Positions 58,211-64,000 of a stretch of 64,000 bases of DNA are shown one piece after another. The stretch is from Candidatus Saccharimonadia bacterium (lineage in GTDB: Bacteria > Patescibacteriota > Saccharimonadia > CAILAD01 > CAZGYV01). The number at the start of each line of letters is the position of its first letter. Position 1 is the stretch's first letter. Where the stretch lies: NCBI GenBank assembly GCA_041906885.1, contig JAYRII010000014.1:74059-138058 (forward strand), given 5' to 3'. A model generated the notes under the pieces. It did no database searches and had not been told where the DNA came from. It was given only the letters and a program-made list of their open reading frames with translations. The translations under genes and the position numbers were made by a program.

Positions 58211-59068
58211 TCATTGTGGACTGGCATAGATGAAATTGTAGCCATTATCGGCCCGTCTATCCCAATTATATTGCGGCGAGAAGAGGCAAAGCAGGTTATG
58301 ATAACAATTGTAACCAGATCGTTGAGCCTCATAGCTGATCGCATCAATGTGCTCGACATTATTAGAAGTTCTGACTAATTTATACTCCGCAGGCACACCG
58401 CTAACTATACGTAGGCAAAAGTCACGCTTAGAAGGTAAGTTGAAGCTAAAACGACCATTTTCGTCAGTTTTGACGCTAAGAGACTCGGCGCAGGTCTGCA
58501 GGACGACATCTTTGATTGGCTTTTCATCTTCTGTTATTGCGCGTCCAGATATTGTAGTGTTGTATGAGCCAGGTGGTGGACCTTTGGGTTCGACAGCTTC
58601 TTGGGCTGGTGGAGTAGCCCCTTGAATCCAGCAAAAATATGAGGCATTCCAGGGCTGCGTACCCCGTTTCTTAAAAGTATTATTGAAGGCTTGATCTTGA
58701 ACAGCTGGTGGGGCGTCACTGGCTTTGGGGTAAATGGCTGAAACGCTCGGATCGACGTTGGACCGCCAAGTACCGATATCGAATTGGTAGGCGCCATAAT
58801 GCCCACTACTATTAGCTGCCAGATAGTTTGGTTGACTGTTTGGTCCACTGCCACTTTCGCAGCCAGCCACGCGGGGTCGCCAGTAATTGGCATTGGTGCG
58901 AAATACTGGTATACCACCTGCAAAAGAGTTGTATATTAATATCGTACCAACGAGCGCAAAAAGTACTAATTGAATTATTAGAATTGGTCTGTAAAAGGGT
59001 TTGTTACGCTTAATTTTGGGTGAAAACGAGGTCTTTTTTTTAGGTTTTTTTTGGATTATTGAGGACAT
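58211..59068 (-). CDS. membrane-anchored resuscitation-promoting-factor-like (transglycosylase-like) protein with C-terminal carboxypeptidase-regulatory-like domain
   Basis: N-terminal TM. GCESGSGPNSQPNYLAANSSGHYGAYQFDIGTWRS matches the Rpf/transglycosylase-like domain. ISGRAITEDEKPIKDVVLQT is a CarbopepD_reg-like beta-sandwich. Confidence 0.65.
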   Translation of the reverse strand: MSSIIQKKPKKKTSFSPKIKRNKPFYRPILIIQLVLFALVGTILIYNSFAGGIPVFRTNANYWRPRVAGCESGSGPNSQPNYLAANSSGHYGAYQFDIGTWRSNVDPSVSAIYPKASDAPPAVQDQAFNNTFKKRGTQPWNASYFCWIQGATPPAQEAVEPKGPPPGSYNTTISGRAITEDEKPIKDVVLQTCAESLSVKTDENGRFSFNLPSKRDFCLRIVSGVPAEYKLVRTSNNVEHIDAISYEAQRSGYNCYHNLLCLFSPQYNWDRRADNGYNFIYASPQ

Positions 59069-59141
59069 AGCGTTGTTTCTACACTAAAATGCTTAAGTCT
59101 ATTTGTCAATCTGGCTGCCAGTGTGTAGCAATTGTTGTACA

Positions 59142-60302
59142 ATGAAGACTATGGCTTATCACTCACATGATTTTCGTCAGGCAGCTCTTGATCTGCACCA
59201 GAAGCTACAAGGAAAAATCAAGATTAGTGCATCGCTACTCTTGCGTAGTGAGGCTGATCTCAATCTGCTTTATACTCCAGGAGTTGGCGCCGTTTCGAGT
59301 TTACTGGCTGGTAAGCCGGAGCTGATTGGCCAGTATACGATTAAGAACAAGTTGGTGGCAGTTGTTTCGGATGGTTCGGCTGTTCTGGGGCTTGGCAATG
59401 TAGGGCCGGCCGCTGCTTTACCGGTGATGGAAGGCAAGGCAATGCTCTTTGCTCAGTTGGCTGGCCTCAATGCCTTTCCCGTCGTACTTGATACTCAAAA
59501 CATCGAAGAGATAGTTGCCACGATTCGTCATATTGCGCCAGTTTTTGGGGGTATTAATCTGGAGGATATAGCAGCTCCAAAATGTTTTGAAATCGAACGT
59601 CGTCTTGAATCAATACTTGATATTCCAGTCATTCACGACGATCAGCATGCCACCGCCATAGCTGTTTTGGCTGGTCTAATCAATGCTTTTAAAGTAACAG
59701 GGAGACAGCCAGCCAGTGCGAAGGTAGTCGTGGTCGGAGCAGGTGCGGCTGGAAATGGCACGGCTAAGCTGCTGAGCGCATATGGTATTAAAAATTTACT
59801 AGTTGTTGATAGTAAGGGTATATTGACCAGTAGTCGAAGCGATCTCGATCGAGACAAGGCCGAACTTGCAAAAACTACTAATCCGAGGAGGGTGGCTGGA
59901 GATTTATCGGTGGCGATGAAGCAGGCTGATGTGGTTGTTGGCTTGTCTCAGGGCGGCTTGATAACCAGGCAGCAGATATCGAGTATGCAGCAAAACCCGA
60001 TAATATTCGCATTAGCCAATCCAACACCAGAGATCATGCCGGAAGAAGCGCTTGCCGCTGGTGCTGCTGTAGTCGCGACCGGCCGGTCTGACTTTAATAA
60101 TCAGATTAATAATGTCTTAATTTTTCCAGGTATGTTCAAGGGCGCAATGGCACAAAATGTCAATAGTATTACCGTCAAAATGAAGCTCGCAGCAGCCCAA
60201 AATATAGCGGCAATCATTAAGAGGCCGACGCCTGAAAAAATCATACCTTCAGTCTTTGATCCTGGTGTAGTTGAGGCGGTCGCTTCGGCAATTCACTCAT
60301 AA
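59142..60302 (+). CDS. NAD(P)-dependent malic enzyme (small form)
   Basis: LLYTPGVG, VVVGAGAAG Rossmann motif. About 390 aa, typical of the bacterial small malic enzyme. ORF opens at 59103. Confidence 0.85.
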   Translation: MKTMAYHSHDFRQAALDLHQKLQGKIKISASLLLRSEADLNLLYTPGVGAVSSLLAGKPELIGQYTIKNKLVAVVSDGSAVLGLGNVGPAAALPVMEGKAMLFAQLAGLNAFPVVLDTQNIEEIVATIRHIAPVFGGINLEDIAAPKCFEIERRLESILDIPVIHDDQHATAIAVLAGLINAFKVTGRQPASAKVVVVGAGAAGNGTAKLLSAYGIKNLLVVDSKGILTSSRSDLDRDKAELAKTTNPRRVAGDLSVAMKQADVVVGLSQGGLITRQQISSMQQNPIIFALANPTPEIMPEEALAAGAAVVATGRSDFNNQINNVLIFPGMFKGAMAQNVNSITVKMKLAAAQNIAAIIKRPTPEKIIPSVFDPGVVEAVASAIHS

Positions 60303-60340
60303 GATCAGCATGCTATAATGCCTATTAAATATAGGAGCCT

Positions 60341-61378
60341 ATGAATTACATTATTTCATTAATATTAATTCTACTCTCAGCATTATTTTCAGGAATGAAC
60401 TTGGGCTTGATGAGCTTAGACCCCTATGAACTCAAACGTAAAATTGCCTTGGGTGATAACCGTGCCAAAAAAATCTATTCTGTCCGTCGGCGAGGAAATT
60501 TATTGCTAGTTACGTTGCTATTGGGTAATGTAGCGGTGATTTCCGCTCTGTCAATTTTTTTAGAGTCAATTGTGTCAGGGGTTATTGCTGGTCTGACAAC
60601 AACATTATTGATAACTGTTTTTGGCGAGATCATTCCTCAGGCTTTGTTTTCACGCTATGCCATGGCACTTGGCGTGCGCTTGGTCTGGTTGGTACGATTT
60701 TTTATTTTTATATTATTTCCAGTCTGTGCACCTTTGGCTTGGGTACTTGATAGGCTGCTCGGTGATGAATTGCCAACAATCTACACCAAGCGAGAATTAG
60801 CTAAGATTATTGAAGAGCATAAGCATTCTAGCCAGAGCGAGTTAGATACTGATGAAGAGCGAATTATTCGTGGTGCTTTGACTTTTGCTGAAAAGTCAGC
60901 CATGGACGTTATGACGCCAAGATCTGTCATGGTGAGCTTGGACGTTGATGAAATAGTTGATACTACTACAATCCGTCGACTCGAATCAAGTGGTCATTCA
61001 CGCTTTCCGGTAATTGATCGTCAGACGGGTGAAGCTAAGGGTATTATTTATTTGCGTGAGCTGCTCGGTAAGAATAAGCAAAATCGACGCGCTATCGAAG
61101 TGTGTGATAAGAAAGTTTACTATATCAATAGTATCGATAATTTAGATGACGCTCTGGACGCTTTTATTAAGACAAAGCATCATTTGTTTATAGTTGTCAA
61201 CGAATTTGCTGAAATACAAGGTGTCTTGACCTTAGAAGATGTTTTAGAGAAAATCATCAAAAAAGATATTATTGATGAATTTGATCGTTATGATGACTTG
61301 CGGGCAGTTGCTAAAAAGCAAGCCAATAAGACTCGAATTGGCATGCATGCATCTAGCGTTAAAAGAAAATTATCATAA
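60341..61378 (+). CDS. CNNM/HlyC-CorC family transporter (DUF21 + CBS pair + CorC_HlyC)
   Basis: 4-TM DUF21 N-terminus, CBS pair (AMDVMTPR...), C-terminal CorC/HlyC domain. Confidence 0.85.
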   Translation: MNYIISLILILLSALFSGMNLGLMSLDPYELKRKIALGDNRAKKIYSVRRRGNLLLVTLLLGNVAVISALSIFLESIVSGVIAGLTTTLLITVFGEIIPQALFSRYAMALGVRLVWLVRFFIFILFPVCAPLAWVLDRLLGDELPTIYTKRELAKIIEEHKHSSQSELDTDEERIIRGALTFAEKSAMDVMTPRSVMVSLDVDEIVDTTTIRRLESSGHSRFPVIDRQTGEAKGIIYLRELLGKNKQNRRAIEVCDKKVYYINSIDNLDDALDAFIKTKHHLFIVVNEFAEIQGVLTLEDVLEKIIKKDIIDEFDRYDDLRAVAKKQANKTRIGMHASSVKRKLS

Positions 61379-61382
61379 ATCA

Positions 61383-62108
61383 ATGCTGATTGTTATTATT
61401 TTGACAATTTTATCGACCTTTACAGGTGGCTTGTTTGCCTTAAGATATCAGGACAAGATGCACCGTATCTTAGGTTTTTCAGCAGGTGTTATTTTGGGTG
61501 TGGTGGCCTTTGATATCTTGCCAGAAGTTTTTGAATTATCACAACAACATGGTGTAGAAGTGATATTGCCAATGATTGCGCTAGTGGCTGGCTTTTTGAC
61601 CTTTCACGCGGTCGAAAAAATTGTCATTATTCATGGAGCTCATGAAGATAAGTACGACAAGCATTATCACCCCAGACTAGGAGTGATTTCGGCGCTAGCC
61701 CTAGCTGGGCATAGCTTGGCCGATGGTTTGGCTATTGGTATGGCTTTTAGGCTTAATACAGTAGTTGGTTATGCTATCGCATTGGCAGTGATTGCACATG
61801 ATTTTGCCGATGGTCTCAATACAGTCAGCTTGATGCTAGCTCATAAAAATGACAAAAAAACCACCCTTAGGTATTTATTAATTAATGCAATTACTCCAGC
61901 TGTTGGCATTGTGATAGCACTAATCTTGCCAATACCGCTGGTCGGTCTAATTTTATTCTTGGGATTCTTTGCTGGCTTTTTGCTCTATATCTGTGCTAGC
62001 GACATTCTTCCTGAGGCACACAGCAGGCATCCTTCTGTTTTGACGTTATTGCTAACGATCTTTGGTTCGGTGTTCATTTTTATAGTGACGCGGACCCTTT
62101 CTTTTTAG
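61383..62108 (+). CDS. zupT: ZIP family metal (zinc) transporter
   Basis: ALAGHSLADGLAIGMAF and AVIAHDFADGLNTV metal-binding motifs. ORF track opens at 61272 inside the upstream gene, but ATG 61383 after the CNNM stop is the likely start. Confidence 0.8.
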   Translation: MLIVIILTILSTFTGGLFALRYQDKMHRILGFSAGVILGVVAFDILPEVFELSQQHGVEVILPMIALVAGFLTFHAVEKIVIIHGAHEDKYDKHYHPRLGVISALALAGHSLADGLAIGMAFRLNTVVGYAIALAVIAHDFADGLNTVSLMLAHKNDKKTTLRYLLINAITPAVGIVIALILPIPLVGLILFLGFFAGFLLYICASDILPEAHSRHPSVLTLLLTIFGSVFIFIVTRTLSF

Positions 62109-62207
62109 TGTTATGTGAAAAAATAGCCTTGTAAAATATAAGTACTCATATTACTATTCAATTAAGCATAAGCACTAATTTTAATTTTTATTGAAAGGAA
62201 TATTAAT

Positions 62208-62567
62208 ATGCCTACAAACTCTAAAAGTAAAGGTTCATCTTCTAAGAATAAAGGCTCATCAGCGAGTCAAAACGATGTCATCTTTGGCATCTTAGCTTAC
62301 ATTGGGATTCTCTTTATCGTACCGTTAATTGCCGCTAAGGATTCTAAATTCGCTATGTACCATGCTAATCAGGGGCTGGTGTTGTTTTTAGCTGAGCTAG
62401 TGGCTGGGTTTGCCGCTGGCATATTGAGTATTGCCCTGATCGGCTTCCTCTTAATGCCAATTGTCTGGGTGGTAGGAGTGGTGCTGATGATAATCGGCAT
62501 CATGAATGCTGCTAATAAGCAAATGAAGCCGCTACCTATTATCGGTGGCATTACTTTGATTAAATAA
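62208..62567 (+). CDS. DUF4870-like small membrane protein
   Basis: ILAYIGILFIVPLIAAKDSKFAMYHANQGLVLFL matches the DUF4870 pattern. Ser/Lys-rich N-terminus. Confidence 0.55.
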   Translation: MPTNSKSKGSSSKNKGSSASQNDVIFGILAYIGILFIVPLIAAKDSKFAMYHANQGLVLFLAELVAGFAAGILSIALIGFLLMPIVWVVGVVLMIIGIMNAANKQMKPLPIIGGITLIK

Positions 62568-62602
62568 CACAAGCTTTGTAGCATTAACCGGCTGATGATA
62601 AG

Positions 62603-63190
62603 TTGTTAAAAAAATCTGAAATTATAAAAATATTTTCGATTAGCTGGCTTCAGGTGATTGTATTTTTCATTATTAGTCTAGTAGTTTTTGTGTTTTTTAG
62701 TTACAACACCATTATTGATCAGATTTTTAATCAGTCGGTATTGAGTAATCAGACCGCCAAAAACGCTGTTATAGAGCAAATCAAGAGCTTGGGAGATAAT
62801 AAGTTTGTCAATATTCTGACAATTGTGTTGTTTTGGAGTGCGATTGGCCTTGTGGTCTATACTATTATTTGGATTGCAATGATTATACTGACTGAAGCCA
62901 GGAATGAAGTGGTTGTTGAAACTGATTATGTCAATCGCGGAAAATTAAAAGATCGGATTCAAGGCCCAGTCCTGCAAATCGTTATTTTTATAGGCCTACT
63001 TTTATTTATGGCCCTAAGTATAGCTGTGCTATACCCGCAATTTTGGATCAGTAGCTTCAACCAGTTTATATTAACCTTGCCTAGTGGAGTTTTGCCTGGC
63101 TTAGGCCCGCTTGCGGTCGCATTGATCGGATCGATGATAAATCTTTATCTGGCTCGCGTCTTAGTTTCAACAATTTTTGCATTAGAATAA
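62603..63190 (+). CDS. hypothetical integral membrane protein
   Basis: 195 aa, 4-5 TM. No motif. Confidence 0.45.
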   Translation: MLKKSEIIKIFSISWLQVIVFFIISLVVFVFFSYNTIIDQIFNQSVLSNQTAKNAVIEQIKSLGDNKFVNILTIVLFWSAIGLVVYTIIWIAMIILTEARNEVVVETDYVNRGKLKDRIQGPVLQIVIFIGLLLFMALSIAVLYPQFWISSFNQFILTLPSGVLPGLGPLAVALIGSMINLYLARVLVSTIFALE

Positions 63191-63262
63191 AAATAAGCCT
63201 TTCGGGTTGTCTCGCAAACAAAGACTAATTTTTATTGCTGCACGCTCAATCCACTCGAGGAG

Positions 63263-63898
63263 TTAGTACTTACGAATGAGGCCAATCACCACTCCTTGAA
63301 TCTTGAGGGGGGTGTCTGCTTCAACGTAAATTGGGTCCATTGATGAGTTAGCAGGTTGAAGACGGATGCGACGGGCTTCTTTGTAGTATCTTTTTAGAGT
63401 GGCCTCCGAATTGTTCACTAGTGCGACCACAACATCTCCATTGCTCGGTATGTCTTTTTCTTGAATTACAACAAAATCACCATCATTGATACCATCTTCG
63501 ATCATACTCTGACCCTTAACTTGCAAGACATATGAATGCTTACGTCCAATCATGAAAGGCGGAACCTCTAAGGTCTCATTGTTGTTGCTGACAGTTTCAA
63601 TTGGCTTACCGGCGGCAATCAATCCGAGCACTGGTAATTCAACACCCTGGCCATTAATAGCGGCCTCAATCTCTTCAATTGGCATCAGAGAGCGAGCGGA
63701 GTTGTTGCCTTTTTGAAGTAATCCTTTACCGACCAAAGAATCTATATGCTGTGCCACGGTGGCAACGGAGTTTAGCTTGAGACCGTTGGCGATTTCGCGA
63801 TAGCTGGGCGAATAGCCATGTTGCTCGATGAAGCTGGTGATGTAGTCTAGCGTACGACGCTGTTTTTTAGTTAGCGCGGGCCTGGTAGATTCGGACAT
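63263..63898 (-). CDS. lexA: LexA repressor (HTH + S24 peptidase)
   Basis: N-terminal winged HTH (LTKKQRRTLDYI...). Ala-Gly cleavage-site region IAAGKP. S24 catalytic Ser in GQSMIEDGINDGDFVVIQ. Lys in LKRY. Confidence 0.85.
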   Translation of the reverse strand: MSESTRPALTKKQRRTLDYITSFIEQHGYSPSYREIANGLKLNSVATVAQHIDSLVGKGLLQKGNNSARSLMPIEEIEAAINGQGVELPVLGLIAAGKPIETVSNNNETLEVPPFMIGRKHSYVLQVKGQSMIEDGINDGDFVVIQEKDIPSNGDVVVALVNNSEATLKRYYKEARRIRLQPANSSMDPIYVEADTPLKIQGVVIGLIRKY

Positions 63899-64000
63899 TT
63901 CTTTCCCTCCAAAAATTAATTAATACTATAATAACGAACAGTGACCGAACTTGTCAACATCTTTTTAATATAAAACCCGGAACAAATATAGTCCCGGGTA

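Overview
This 64-kb window looks like the replication-origin neighbourhood of a low-GC bacterium with a Gram-positive-type envelope (sortase and LPXTG signals, Rpf-like transglycosylase, small proteome style). A candidate-phylum (Saccharibacteria-like) origin is only a guess and cannot be verified here.

It opens with the dnaN start (minus strand, runs off the left edge). Next is dnaA, bracketed by clusters of DnaA boxes. The divergent rpmH-rnpA-yidD-yidC-jag-mnmE block follows.

From about 7.8 kb to 28 kb lies a markedly AT-rich cell-surface glycan locus containing:
- GtrA-like and GtrB-like components plus a putative GT-C-like membrane protein.
- rfbB and rfbA.
- Several GT2 glycosyltransferases and one GT4.
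- Two NAD-dependent epimerase/dehydratases and a zinc-ribbon SAM methyltransferase.
- A Wzm/Wzt ABC exporter.
- A secreted FG-GAP-repeat protein and a glycoside-hydrolase-like protein.

A tRNA-Asn at 28.4 kb marks the most irregular stretch. It is surrounded by degenerate tRNA-Asn fragments and two mosaic ~155-nt direct repeats. These bracket an aminoglycoside-phosphotransferase (APH)/choline-kinase-family gene. Next come a consensus sigma70 promoter with four TTGACAA repeats, a single-polypeptide fusion of a winged HTH, a GHKL-type (RsbW-like) ATPase domain and a STAS-like (anti-sigma-antagonist-like) domain, a CPBP (CAAX-type) intramembrane protease and a Trp-rich hypothetical protein.

Downstream are a P-type ATPase, a radical-SAM fragment and a NUDIX hydrolase. 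A roughly 9-kb defense-type island follows, bounded by two paralogous small coiled-coil genes. It contains OmdA, DUF1801 and RadC genes, a truncated RhuM, a Type I restriction-modification system (hsdM, hsdS, compact hsdR), an hsdS 3' remnant and a NYN-domain (predicted RNase) gene.

The remainder holds housekeeping and envelope genes: a MacB-type ABC pair, a BNR beta-propeller protein, DUF488, 3-methyladenine glycosylase, an orphan histidine kinase, MscL, an RRM protein, an Rpf-like transglycosylase, malic enzyme, CNNM, ZIP and LexA. Embedded among them is a sortase cassette: a PD40 beta-propeller with an LPNTP sorting-signal-like C-terminus plus a class E/F-like sortase, flanked by a ~108-bp near-identical duplication, with an LPRTG protein nearby.

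No CRISPR array, rRNA or obvious transposase/integrase was found. The best candidates for something undescribed are the HTH-GHKL-STAS fusion module at the tRNA-Asn hotspot and the repeat-bracketed cassettes.
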